Shown piece after piece: positions 54,645 through 64,000 of a stretch of 64,000 nucleotides of DNA. Position 1 is the first letter of the stretch; every line of letters begins with the position of its first letter. Location: positions 19,048 to 83,047 of the forward strand of contig JAHWGK010000001.1 of assembly GCA_020054495.1 (NCBI GenBank), read 5' to 3'. The DNA is from Thermoplasmata archaeon. GTDB lineage: Archaea; Thermoplasmatota; E2; DHVEG-1. Under the pieces are notes generated by a model that was not told the DNA's origin, ran no database searches, and worked only from the letters and a program-made list of their open reading frames with translations. The position numbers and the translations under genes are program-made.

Positions 54645-55679
54645 TTATTTTTGTGGTTCGATGATTATTTTTATAGAATTTTTTGCCTGAGCTGCAAGTT
54701 TGAATCCCTCAGATGCGCTTCCAAGAGGGAATCTATGAGTAATCATATCTGTTACTACCATTTTTTTTGTTCTAATAATCTCTATTGCTTCTTCAAGATC
54801 TCTTGGTGCTCCAGCATATGTTGAAACCATTTTGACTTGCTTGTTCCATAAATCAAATAATGGAAATGGTATATCTACGCCAGGTTCTGTTGGTGCAAAA
54901 AAGAGAATTGTACCTCCAGCTTGAACTGATTCTATTGCTTGTTTTACAGCAGAGGGGACACCTGCACATAATATGACAATGTCTGCAAATTTTCCATCAT
55001 TATGTTTTTTTATTTCTTCAGCTACATTTTCTTTTGCATTAATTACGATATCTGCACCCATTTTTTTCGCAGTTTTTAATCTAAAATCGTCAATATCGGT
55101 AGCAAATATCTTACTTGCACCCATTGCTTTAGCTAGTTTAATGTTTAGGAGGCCTGCAACGCCGCTTCCAATGACGAGAACGCTTTGATTTGACTTCATT
55201 TCCACTATTCTCATACCTCTAACAACACAGGCCAGTGGTTCAATGAATGCTCCTTCTTCGTAAGACATTTCCTTTGGTAGAACAAATGCACCACGGTCTA
55301 CGTTAATCTCTGGAACTCTTAGACATTCTGCAAAACCTCCAGGGTAGAAATTTGTGGAATGCAATGTTTTACAAAGAGTATGTTGATCGTTTTCACAAAA
55401 ACTACAGGTATTACAAGGAACATGATGTGAGACGAAAACTCTATCTCCAACTTTGAATTCTTTTACGTTTTTTCCTACTTTAATAATATCTCCTGCTATT
55501 TCATGACCAAGTACTCTTGGAGCTTTTTTTAGGCGGTACCATTCCATCACATCACTGCCACATATACCGCATGCCTTGACTTTTACAAGGAGTTCATTAT
55601 CATCTATTTCAGGTATCGGCATTTCTTCCATTCGTACATCGTTATTGCTGTAATACATTGCAACGCGCATTTTTTCCAT
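54645..55679 (-). CDS. zinc-dependent medium-chain alcohol/threonine/sorbitol dehydrogenase
   Basis: CGICGSD, GHEIAGDI, structural-zinc CNTCSFC, GSGVAGL. Confidence 0.85.
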   Translation of the reverse strand: MEKMRVAMYYSNNDVRMEEMPIPEIDDNELLVKVKACGICGSDVMEWYRLKKAPRVLGHEIAGDIIKVGKNVKEFKVGDRVFVSHHVPCNTCSFCENDQHTLCKTLHSTNFYPGGFAECLRVPEINVDRGAFVLPKEMSYEEGAFIEPLACVVRGMRIVEMKSNQSVLVIGSGVAGLLNIKLAKAMGASKIFATDIDDFRLKTAKKMGADIVINAKENVAEEIKKHNDGKFADIVILCAGVPSAVKQAIESVQAGGTILFFAPTEPGVDIPFPLFDLWNKQVKMVSTYAGAPRDLEEAIEIIRTKKMVVTDMITHRFPLGSASEGFKLAAQAKNSIKIIIEPQK

Positions 55680-55771
55680 ATTTTAAACCAATCTCTGTTA
55701 TTGATAGGTCTTTAAAAGAGTTTATGACAAAAAATAAAACAAAAAAAATAATCACTATGTAAATTTCTCAC

Positions 55772-56200
55772 TCAAAATATTTCATTGGCAAATGCATCAA
55801 GTTTTTTCTCATAACCTTCTTCCAATGGGCCCTTCATACCATTTACCTTAATTCTAACGCCATCTGGAACTTTAGTCATACCTTTAGGCTGAAGTAGATT
55901 GTTAATGATTTGATGAGTTTTAGCTTTAGGATCCATGTGGGTCACCATAGTAGTGTATTTTGCTTCTTCTTGTGAAATCTCCAAATTGTTTAGGAATTTT
56001 TTCATTTTTCTAGGGGGACGACCTATGTGAGTTGGACTGCTAAAAATATATAGATCTGCTGAAGGTATGGAGTCTGGGTTTATTTCACGTATAGAAGAAG
56101 TTTCTACTGAATGACCTTTCTTCGTAATTGCCTCCGTCAAGTATTCAACACATTTTTTCCCATTTCCATATTTTGACTCATATGCAATATATACTTTCAT
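55772..56200 (-). CDS. flavodoxin-like protein
   Basis: MKVYIAYESKYGNGKK N-terminus and the size. Start moved to ATG 56200. Confidence 0.65.
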   Translation of the reverse strand: MKVYIAYESKYGNGKKCVEYLTEAITKKGHSVETSSIREINPDSIPSADLYIFSSPTHIGRPPRKMKKFLNNLEISQEEAKYTTMVTHMDPKAKTHQIINNLLQPKGMTKVPDGVRIKVNGMKGPLEEGYEKKLDAFANEIF

Positions 56201-56269
56201 TATAGTTCCCCTAAACTTTAAATAATTAGCCATATAAAAAGTCAATCTTTCAAGTAATAGTCAAAAAAT

Positions 56270-57184
56270 TTACATTGATCTAAGTCGTCTGACCCTTTCG
56301 TCTATTGGCGGGTGTGTAGCCCAAATAGATCCCCGATCTGATGCTGATCTTTTAAATGGGTTTGCAATATAGAGAGGAGCAACAGTTTTTGATCCTTTAG
56401 GTTTTCCCTTAGGGTGATCTCCTTTAATTCTCTCCAATGCTTTTGCAAGTCCTTCAGGGTTTCTAGTTAAATAAGCGCCATTAGAATCGGCAAGATATTC
56501 TCTTTTTCTAGAGATTGCAAGATATGTGAGCCTTGAAAAAATCGGAGCTAAAATAACAAGAAGAATTGCTATAACGATGAGAATTGCATTACCTTCGCCT
56601 TTTCTACCTCTTCCAGCTCCGCCCCAGAAAAGTGAGTAGAATAAAATTTCAGATATTAAAGCAATCGCACCAACTACGGCTATTGTAACAGTCATTATGA
56701 GAATATCATTATTTTTAATATGGCTCATTTCATGTGCCATTACGCCTTCTAGTTCATCCGGTTTTAACTTTCGAAGTGCCCCTGTTGTAGCGCAAATAAC
56801 TGCATTTTCTGGTTTTTTTCCAGTTGCAAATGCGTTTATATTGTCAGAATCTTGAACATAAACCTTTGGCATAGGTATTCCTGCCGCAATTGCCATCTCA
56901 TCAACTTTGTGGATCAGTAATTTTTCTTCGCGAATGTTAGGATTTGCTGGTCTTGCTTTTGCTGCTGAAAGCACTGTTTGAACTGAGATAGAATACGTGA
57001 TTGCAATGTATCCAATTGCAATTGGAAGGCCAAAGGCTAGTGAGATGAAAATGTTTCCATTAAAAAGGATGTATCCTATTGCAAAGACAACACCTAAGAA
57101 CAAAATAGCCATAAAAGTACATATGACTATTGTTAAGCGTTTGTTTCTTCTAATATGATCTTCTACAAGTAATCGTTTTTCCAT
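56270..57184 (-). CDS. htpX: M48 zinc metalloprotease HtpX
   Basis: HEMSHIKNND, TM pairs, C-terminal THPPIDERV. Confidence 0.9.
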   Translation of the reverse strand: MEKRLLVEDHIRRNKRLTIVICTFMAILFLGVVFAIGYILFNGNIFISLAFGLPIAIGYIAITYSISVQTVLSAAKARPANPNIREEKLLIHKVDEMAIAAGIPMPKVYVQDSDNINAFATGKKPENAVICATTGALRKLKPDELEGVMAHEMSHIKNNDILIMTVTIAVVGAIALISEILFYSLFWGGAGRGRKGEGNAILIVIAILLVILAPIFSRLTYLAISRKREYLADSNGAYLTRNPEGLAKALERIKGDHPKGKPKGSKTVAPLYIANPFKRSASDRGSIWATHPPIDERVRRLRSM

Positions 57185-57206
57185 AATACCAAACGTTTAA
57201 ATTTTT

Positions 57207-57764
57207 TTAGAATTTTACTTTTGGCAGTTCTTTAGCAGCTTCAGGTATCTGTAGCATTTCTCTTGTCTTTCGTCCCATTCTCTTGGCAAACCAAACTCCA
57301 GGGAATGTTTCAATTGTATTATTAAACGCAAGTACAGAATCATTGAAGTGCTGTCTTGAATAAGCAATTTTATTTTCAGTATTTGTGAGTTCATCCTGCA
57401 AGTTCAAGAAATTCTGATTAGCTTTTAGATCTGGATAATTCTCAGAAACAGCAAAAAGTGATTTTAGTGCACCTGTTAGCACATTATCAGCATCTATATT
57501 TTCTTGTGGAGATTTTGCACTCATAAGTGCAGAACGAGCTTTTGTAACGTTTTCAAGAACTTCCTTTTCGTGTTTCATATAACCTTTGACAGTTTCCATA
57601 AGGTTTGGTATTAGCTCTGCTCTTCGTCTTAATTGAACATCAATTTGTGCCCAGGAGTTATCAATTCTATTTTCAGTTCTTATTATTTTGTTGTAAAATC
57701 CCCAATATATTAGTAAGAAAAATACAATGAGTATTACTATTATTATACCTATCCATAATAACAT
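57207..57764 (-). CDS. lemA: LemA family protein
   Basis: N-terminal TM, then the conserved LemA core (SWAQIDVQLRRRAELIPNL..., ENYPDLKAN). Confidence 0.9.
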   Translation of the reverse strand: MLLWIGIIIVILIVFFLLIYWGFYNKIIRTENRIDNSWAQIDVQLRRRAELIPNLMETVKGYMKHEKEVLENVTKARSALMSAKSPQENIDADNVLTGALKSLFAVSENYPDLKANQNFLNLQDELTNTENKIAYSRQHFNDSVLAFNNTIETFPGVWFAKRMGRKTREMLQIPEAAKELPKVKF

Positions 57765-57897
57765 GTTTTTTGCCTCCGATTTCCTTTTTGGTGGTTAATG
57801 TTATCTTTTATATAAAGCTATCGCGTCTAAATACATAAGGTAAGTTAATCGCATTATTTATAAGTAAGACAACTATTTTTATTTTGAGGATGTTGGG

Positions 57898-58590
57898 CTG
57901 AAAAAACAGTTTGTAATATTTGCAATAACGTTTGTTTTGATATCTTTATGTTTTAGCGGATGTTTTAGTGAAAATAAAAGCAGTGACGAAGATAACGAGT
58001 TAGATAGATTTATTGGGGCCTGGTATGGATGGATATTAAATAAATCCAACAGGGAAATTTGGACTTTTTGTCAAAATAGATCAATAAAAATTGATGATTC
58101 TTGGGGGATTGAATGGGGTACTTATAGTTTAGATGGTAGTGATCTTAAAATAAAAAAACCCTTAAGTGGTTTTCCCGGTGAATATTCAACGATGTGGTAT
58201 ACTTATAAGTTTTCAGAAGATGGTAATCATTTTACATTCAAAATGTTTAGTGATGAAATTGATGGAGAATTTTATAAAAATTCGATATTTTTAGATGAAG
58301 AGGCTAGTAAACTTATTGGAAAATGGTCAAATCAAACAATCCATTGGAAAAATTCTAACGAGGCTTGGACTTATTATTGGAATTGCACTTTTTATACTAA
58401 TGGATCAATCTTAGTTGAACATAATTGGTATTATATGGATATTGATGAAATAAAATGGGATAAAAGTTGGTATTTCTATTTCATAGAGGATGAAGGTTAT
58501 TTATGCCGAGGTACTTTTTGTAGTAATTATAGTTTTACAGATGATGACAAAATTCTGAATTGGGATTTGAATTACACAAGAATTGAATGA
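57898..58590 (+). CDS. putative lipoprotein, sequon-rich; proposed CTG start
   Basis: The upstream in-frame extension gives (M)KKQFVIFAITFVLISLCFSGC, a complete signal peptide with a lipobox-like Cys. GAGGA lies 7 nt upstream of CTG 57898. The tracked TTG 57937 would cut the h-region. Confidence 0.55.
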   Translation: MKKQFVIFAITFVLISLCFSGCFSENKSSDEDNELDRFIGAWYGWILNKSNREIWTFCQNRSIKIDDSWGIEWGTYSLDGSDLKIKKPLSGFPGEYSTMWYTYKFSEDGNHFTFKMFSDEIDGEFYKNSIFLDEEASKLIGKWSNQTIHWKNSNEAWTYYWNCTFYTNGSILVEHNWYYMDIDEIKWDKSWYFYFIEDEGYLCRGTFCSNYSFTDDDKILNWDLNYTRIE

Positions 58591-58615
58591 TCTTTTTCCG
58601 TTGTTTTTCTACTTT

Positions 58616-59401
58616 TTATTTTTTATTTGATTTGAATAGGTCGTATGCTTCCTTTGGAGTGTATTTTTTGTGAACAACAGCATTTACTGCTTTGATCATA
58701 CTTACTGGATCGCTACTTTGAAAAATATTCCTACCCATATCTACTCCAATAGCTCCTGCCTGTATTGCATCATGTGCCATTTGTAATGCATCTTTTTCCG
58801 GAATCTTTTTGCCGCCTGCTATTACAATTGGGACAGGGCATGTTTCAACAATTTTTTCAAAATCTTTACAGAAATATGTTTTAACAATGCTTGCTCCTAA
58901 TTCTGCCGCCATTCTTGAGGCTAGCGATAAGTATCGCGCATCTTTGCCGAGTCCCTTACCAACCGCAGTAACCGCAAGTACTGGAATGCCGTAACGATTC
59001 GCTTCATCAATAACCTGTGTGAATGCAAGTAAAGTATCTCTTTCAAAAGGTTGACCTACAAGTATTGAAAAAGCAACAGCAGAAACATTGAGTCGAATAG
59101 CATCCTCCAATGATACAACAATGCCTTCGTGAAGTAGATTTGTCTCATTGAGAATGCTAGTACCCCCAGATACCCTCAAACAAACAGGAATGTCTGTTTC
59201 AGGTGGAATATAGTTCCTCAACCCGCCTCTTGTTGGCATAATTACATCAGCATATGGAAGAAGTGGCTTAACCATTTCATCAAGTTTTTCTAGACCTGTT
59301 GTCGGGCCCATAAAGTATCCATGGTCCACTGCAAGCATAACTGTACGTCCATCTTTTGGTTTAATTATTTTTGAAAGTCGATTTTTCATTCCCCAATCCA
59401 T
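58616..59401 (-). CDS. class I aldolase, FbaB/DhnA / ADH-synthase (AroA')-like
   Basis: MLAVDHGYFMGP, VKTYF (Schiff-base Lys region), GVDMGRNIFQ. ATG 59401 follows GGAGG. Confidence 0.8.
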   Translation of the reverse strand: MDWGMKNRLSKIIKPKDGRTVMLAVDHGYFMGPTTGLEKLDEMVKPLLPYADVIMPTRGGLRNYIPPETDIPVCLRVSGGTSILNETNLLHEGIVVSLEDAIRLNVSAVAFSILVGQPFERDTLLAFTQVIDEANRYGIPVLAVTAVGKGLGKDARYLSLASRMAAELGASIVKTYFCKDFEKIVETCPVPIVIAGGKKIPEKDALQMAHDAIQAGAIGVDMGRNIFQSSDPVSMIKAVNAVVHKKYTPKEAYDLFKSNKK

Positions 59402-59527
59402 AAATAAATCGCCTCCGGCTTTTCTAGGATAATAAGCAATGCTTATATAAGTTATTTCTAAAGAATGTGGCAAATATTTTAATTAGATGTTGTATTACCT
59501 ATTTTGTATTATAGGGAGGCATAAAAT

Positions 59528-60976
59528 ATGTCAGTTATTGAAAATTTTGAACCAAAACTGGTATGGAAACATTTTGATGAAATAAGAAAAATACCTCATT
59601 GTTCTAAACATGAGGAAAAAATAAGAGAATATATTCTTAATTTTGCAAAAAATAGTAATATAAAATCAAAAACTGATAAATCAGGTAATGTTGTCCTTTC
59701 AAAACCTGCAAGCTCAGGAATGGAAAGTATACCTACTGTTATACTGCAGGGTCATATGGATATGGTTTGTGAAAAAAACAGTGATGTGACCCATGATTTT
59801 TTAAAAGACCCGATAAAACTCAAACTAGAAGGAGACATTCTTACAGCTGATGGCACAACTCTTGGAGCAGATAACGGTATCGGCCTTGCAATTAGCCTAG
59901 CAATACTAGAGGATAACACATTGAAACATGGACCCATTGAAGCATTATTTACTGTCGATGAGGAAACAGGACTTACTGGTGCTTTTGCAATGGAATCAAA
60001 CATGTTAACTGGAAAAATATTGTTAAATCTCGATAGTGAGGATTTTGGTGTTATAACCGTTGGATGTGCGGGTGGAGGAGATTCACAGATACAGCTTCCA
60101 TTAAAAACCCAACCAATAAATGGAACCATGGAAAGTGTTACAATTAAAGTCTCAGGATTGCGTGGTGGACACTCAGGAGTAGATATCCGTGAACAACGAG
60201 GTAATGCTGTTAAACTTTTGACACGTATGCTTTGGAAAGCTAAAGATAATCACAAGTTCTATATAACAGATATAAAAGGAGGGGATAAACACAATGCTAT
60301 TCCGCGAGAGGCATATGCAAAAATCTCTATTGATAAATCAGAAAAAAACAAATTTATCTCCATTCTTAAGTCAGAAGAAAAAAACATACTTCAGGAAATT
60401 AAACCAATTGATCCGAAATTTAAATTAGAAGTAGAAGACATTGAAAAACTTCATACAACATTATCTGATGACTCACAAAGTAAACTATTGAACCTATTAC
60501 ATGGTCTTCCTCATGGTGTAGATAAAATGAGCTATGACATACCAGATCTTGTGGAAACATCAACAAATCTTGCAACAATTGCAATTAACGAAAATGATGC
60601 AGTAATAGGCTTAAGTACAAGAAGCTCGATAAAAACTTCTTTGCAAGATTTCCGTGACCGTATAAGTGCAGTTGCAGCACTTTCAGGAGCAAAAGTAACT
60701 GAGGACGCACCGTATCCTGGATGGAAACCAAATCTTGATTCAAATATACTTAAATTATCTAAGAAAATCTTCAAAGACATTTACGGCAAGGAACCAACCG
60801 TTGAAGCAATACATGCTGGACTTGAATGTGGAATCATTGGAGAGAAATTCCCAGGTATGGACATGATATCCATTGGACCCACCATTAAATACCCACACTC
60901 ACCAGAAGAACAAGTACACGTCAGCACAGTTGAAAAATTCTACAGATACGTGTTAAAATTATTAGAAAACGTATAA
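59528..60976 (+). CDS. pepD: aminoacyl-histidine dipeptidase (M20C, PepD)
   Basis: LQGHMDMV, GADNGIG, TVDEETGLTGA, HAGLECG. Confidence 0.9.
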   Translation: MSVIENFEPKLVWKHFDEIRKIPHCSKHEEKIREYILNFAKNSNIKSKTDKSGNVVLSKPASSGMESIPTVILQGHMDMVCEKNSDVTHDFLKDPIKLKLEGDILTADGTTLGADNGIGLAISLAILEDNTLKHGPIEALFTVDEETGLTGAFAMESNMLTGKILLNLDSEDFGVITVGCAGGGDSQIQLPLKTQPINGTMESVTIKVSGLRGGHSGVDIREQRGNAVKLLTRMLWKAKDNHKFYITDIKGGDKHNAIPREAYAKISIDKSEKNKFISILKSEEKNILQEIKPIDPKFKLEVEDIEKLHTTLSDDSQSKLLNLLHGLPHGVDKMSYDIPDLVETSTNLATIAINENDAVIGLSTRSSIKTSLQDFRDRISAVAALSGAKVTEDAPYPGWKPNLDSNILKLSKKIFKDIYGKEPTVEAIHAGLECGIIGEKFPGMDMISIGPTIKYPHSPEEQVHVSTVEKFYRYVLKLLENV

Positions 60977-61208
60977 TAGGAAAAGAAAAAAAATCTTTTC
61001 TTATTCAATTTTTCTATTATTTTTTGGCAAGGGTTGTCAAAAATGCATCATAAATTTATTTTATAAGGATGAGTTTTGATTATAAACAAATATATATAAT
61101 ATAAAAAACAAATAATAATTAGACGAATAAAATAAGATGATTATATGTGTTTTGATGCATCTTAGGTATTAACACCTAAAAAATTATTAATAGGTAGATG
61201 CAGTAGAA

Positions 61209-61865
61209 ATGTTATCAAAAAAGGATGTTTTATCTCTAGAAAAAAGAAGGAAAATTTATCATTTTATTTTAAAATATCCTGGTTTACACATACGTGAGCT
61301 TTCAAGAGATTTGAATATTTCATTTAGTACCTTGAATCATCATCTTAACTATCTTAAAAAACAAGGTTTACTACTTGCAAAATCTGATGGTAGATATACT
61401 CGTTATTATGTTACAGGAAAGGTAGGTTCAACAGATAAAAAATTGCTGAATCTAATGAGACATACGGTCCCTCGGAACATTATCTTATTATTGTTGATAT
61501 ACCCGTTAAGGAATTTTTCTCAAATAGAGATTGTAAGATTTGCTAAAACTTGGAAGAAGCATTGGACGAAAATAGGATTCCATTTAAACAAACATCCGAC
61601 TACTATATCCTATCATCTAGACAAACTATTGAAAATGAATATCATTGAAAGTTACTCAAGTGGCAATGAAATTAGATGCAAGTTAAAAGATATAGTTGTC
61701 ATCTATAGTTTTCTAATTACCTATGAAAAAAGTTTTTCTGGTCCAGTTATTAGCTCTGTTTTAAAATGGATGTCGGAATGGGCAGATGAGAAATATGATA
61801 AGGACAGTATGAATGACTTTCTTGAATACTTATATGAAATATTTCCGCATCCATATCATGTCTGA
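61209..61865 (+). CDS. tandem winged-helix (ArsR/TrmB-like) transcriptional regulator
   Basis: Two wHTH-like units: IYHFILKYPGLHIRELSRDLNISFSTLNHHLNYLKKQGLL and ...KHPTTISYHLDKLLKMNII. Confidence 0.6.
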   Translation: MLSKKDVLSLEKRRKIYHFILKYPGLHIRELSRDLNISFSTLNHHLNYLKKQGLLLAKSDGRYTRYYVTGKVGSTDKKLLNLMRHTVPRNIILLLLIYPLRNFSQIEIVRFAKTWKKHWTKIGFHLNKHPTTISYHLDKLLKMNIIESYSSGNEIRCKLKDIVVIYSFLITYEKSFSGPVISSVLKWMSEWADEKYDKDSMNDFLEYLYEIFPHPYHV

Positions 61866-61886
61866 TTTTTTATTAACTTCTTTTTT

Positions 61887-61923
61887 AAATCCTAGAATAT
61901 AATTTGGTTGCAGGATTTTTGCT
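61887..61923 (+). terminator. hairpin plus T-run after the regulator gene
   Basis: AAATCCT (61887-61893) pairs with AGGATTT (61912-61918) and runs into TTTTT. Confidence 0.3.
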
Positions 61924-61984
61924 CTAAAAAGTTTATGTATAATTAAAAGAGATTGTTAATATAATAATTGAAGGGATTACGAAA

Positions 61985-63748
61985 ATGAAAAATAGACTGT
62001 TAGGAAAAAGTATAGCCTTATCTACAATCCTCTTATTTTTAGGGACAAGTATTGTTCCAGGTATACATGGAACTAATGAAGAAGTAAATTCTGTAAATTA
62101 TGAATCCAGTGGGCAAAAACTAGGCTCAATAATAAATGATAGTGTTCTAGACTTGCAATACATCTACAACTTAACAGAGAATCTTAGCAATATAATTTTT
62201 ACAGAATATGATGAATCAACAGGAGAGATAGCGAAAGGAAGAGCTTTTGGGACTAAGGGAGAGCACAAGGCAGCAGAGATACTATATGAAAATATGACAA
62301 AGCTTGGACTTTACACTTGGAAAGAACCTATTGAAAATATCCCAGAGTATCCATATGTAGCTAGTAACATTGAGATATCAGAAAGAAGTTTAACAGTTAT
62401 AAATAAAATTACCCACTCAGTAAAACCTGTTACTGATTATTATATATCTCCAAGGGGAAACTTAACATATTTTAATATTTATTTAGATGAACTAAAAGGT
62501 AAAAAACCATTACTTGGATCTATTTTAACTAAATTAATTACTTCGTTAATTATCCCTATTAAGGGAAGTTTTGACCGGAAATATAATCTCTATGATTTTG
62601 ACCGTTTGACTCACAATTTTTCATATAAAAGTTTAAAAGTCATAAGAGTTCCATCAAATTATTCATTAGCAATGGATCTCGTTCGCTATATCAAAAATGA
62701 TGATCCATTTGTTTTTATTCAACGGGATCATGGATTTAGTACTTGGCCTTCAGGTGAAAAGACCGATTTTAAGGGATTTTTATATAAAACAATTTTTAAA
62801 ATCATGGAGGTTTTTCATGGCCCTACTGAGCCACTTATATGGACTTTATTTCACCCCAATTGTAAGGGAATAATAAAGGTTGATTCAAACAACGATACCT
62901 ATAATATGGGACCTAGTTATGCTTTTCTTCCGGTTATAAAGGTAAATAGAACAATTGGAGAAGAAATATACAATAATCCTGAAAATTATAGCATTGATTT
63001 TTTTATCAATCAAAGGTGGAATCAGTCTGTAGAAAGCTATAATGTTATCGGACAACTTAATGGGACCAATCCAGATGAAACAATCATTGTTTGTTCTCTG
63101 TATGATAGCTGGTGGTGCCAGGGTACAGGAGATGCTGCTATTGCAATGTCGATGGTCCTTGGACTTGCTAAATACTTTAAGGATCACAATATCGTCCCAA
63201 GATGCAATGTGAAATTTATTGGTTTTTGTGGAGAGGAATATGGTCTAAGAGGAGCATATCATTATGAGGCGACTCATCGAAAAGAAAATATTTCATTTGT
63301 TATTGACTTAAACCAGCTTGGTTTTACTCCCTTAATACCTGAGAATCTTAAATTTCAGATCTGGACGAATAATAAAACGTTAAACGCGACCTTAGGAGAA
63401 TTTGCTGAAGAGACTAACTATACAAAAAGAACTGGAATAGGTTTTCAGATGAGATATAATTTTGATGCAGGACCGAGTAATGTTCATGCTTTTTGCTATA
63501 ATGTTACCCAAGGGAAAAGAATATGCAATACATTATTAATTTTAAAAACAGGATATGAAGTTCCAGGACCACAATGGCTCAATCATCATAGAGATGGTCT
63601 GAAACATACAGAGGGAGACGCTATCAAATATTTTAATTGGACTGATACAAGCATATCTGGTGAAATGATTTGGAATGTTACGGAATATTTCACTGTCGAT
63701 AATCCATTCAATATTCTAACGGATTACTTATATAAAAGACAATTTTAG
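61985..63748 (+). CDS. secreted M28-family aminopeptidase, N-glycosylation sequon-rich
   Basis: Signal peptide MKNRLLGKSIALSTILLFLGTSIV. M28 motifs NVIGQL, WWCQGTGDAA, GFCGEEYGLRGAYHY. I count 19 N-x-S/T sequons. Confidence 0.75.
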   Translation: MKNRLLGKSIALSTILLFLGTSIVPGIHGTNEEVNSVNYESSGQKLGSIINDSVLDLQYIYNLTENLSNIIFTEYDESTGEIAKGRAFGTKGEHKAAEILYENMTKLGLYTWKEPIENIPEYPYVASNIEISERSLTVINKITHSVKPVTDYYISPRGNLTYFNIYLDELKGKKPLLGSILTKLITSLIIPIKGSFDRKYNLYDFDRLTHNFSYKSLKVIRVPSNYSLAMDLVRYIKNDDPFVFIQRDHGFSTWPSGEKTDFKGFLYKTIFKIMEVFHGPTEPLIWTLFHPNCKGIIKVDSNNDTYNMGPSYAFLPVIKVNRTIGEEIYNNPENYSIDFFINQRWNQSVESYNVIGQLNGTNPDETIIVCSLYDSWWCQGTGDAAIAMSMVLGLAKYFKDHNIVPRCNVKFIGFCGEEYGLRGAYHYEATHRKENISFVIDLNQLGFTPLIPENLKFQIWTNNKTLNATLGEFAEETNYTKRTGIGFQMRYNFDAGPSNVHAFCYNVTQGKRICNTLLILKTGYEVPGPQWLNHHRDGLKHTEGDAIKYFNWTDTSISGEMIWNVTEYFTVDNPFNILTDYLYKRQF

Positions 63749-63867
63749 ATAAATACAGTCTAATTGTTCTAGAATATGATAAATTACAAAAATACTTTTT
63801 TAATTGTTTTTGGTATTAATTGTAAAGAAATATTTATTAGTAATTAACTCAAATAAATATCTTTAGA

Positions 63868-64000
63868 ATGAATAAACTATGTTTTAGATTTAAAATAAAA
63901 ATCTTCCTAATAGTTTTTTGTTTATTATTTAGTTCTATTGTTGTATCAGGTTTTAGATATGAGACTTTGATAATAAAAAAATCAGTTTATGAGTATTCTT
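63868..64000 (+). CDS. 5' end of a CDS running off the window (signal/TM-bearing protein)
   Basis: ATG 63868 gives MNKLCFRFKIKIFLIVFCLLFSSIVVSG..., open to the window end. Confidence 0.35.
   Translation, partial: MNKLCFRFKIKIFLIVFCLLFSSIVVSGFRYETLIIKKSVYEYS

Noticed and set aside
61021-61208. Repeated ATGCATC (about 61043 and 61155) and the near-palindrome GGTATTAACACC upstream of the wHTH regulator as operators
   Set aside because: There are only two short copies in very AT-rich DNA. They cannot be told apart from chance without comparative data, so I did not report them as a feature.
1-64000. CRISPR arrays, IS elements, integrases, prophage genes, rRNA/tRNA genes, and alternative genetic code
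   Set aside because: I saw no spaced direct-repeat array and no transposase, integrase or terminal inverted repeat signatures. No rRNA-like or cloverleaf-capable GC-rich segments are present. All long ORFs close on standard stops with no recurring in-frame TGA or TAG, so the standard code (table 11) fits.

Overview
AT-rich (about 30% GC by eye), very gene-dense window in which most genes are preceded by GGAGG/AGGTGA-type Shine-Dalgarno (SD) sequences. It looks archaeal: a UbiA/DGGGP-synthase-like prenyltransferase, two archaeal-type bifunctional GlmU-like enzymes, a WbuXYZ/AglXYZ-like amidotransfer trio, and a class I aldolase of the FbaB/ADH-synthase type. I cannot name the lineage. Positions 1-49 kb are one large surface-glycan island; 49.7-64 kb hold housekeeping genes and secreted peptidases. 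The island contains: (a) a glycerol-3-phosphate-type transporter next to a cytidylyltransferase fragment; (b) a 26-gene co-directional block (1487-27098) with a complete CMP-pseudaminic acid set (pseB, C, F, G, I, H) split by an acetamidino-forming trio, a heptose-nucleotide module (domain-inverted HldE-like fusion, transaldolase/FSA, GmhB), a WbpA/B/E-like aminouronic acid set, a sulfotransferase and four methyltransferases; (c) two divergent GT-B-like transferases; (d) an 8-gene operon (29917-36346) that looks like a second, non-canonical ulosonic acid pathway. It opens with a ribbon-helix-helix (RHH) segment in frame with a NeuB-type synthase that lacks the SAF domain; (e) a minus-strand block with a flippase and a GlmU-like/glmS/GlmU-like set; (f) a self-contained sulfate-activation operon (RHH regulator, sat, DHH phosphoesterase, cysC, sulfotransferase, DASS transporter, Usp). 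I consider (d) and (f), and their link to the in-island sulfotransferases, the most novel content. Three genes appear to start at non-ATG/GTG/TTG codons (ATA, CTG, CTG or ATT), each behind a good SD. I saw no rRNA, tRNA, CRISPR array, transposase or integrase. All calls rest on reading motifs in the translations; no searches or alignments were run.
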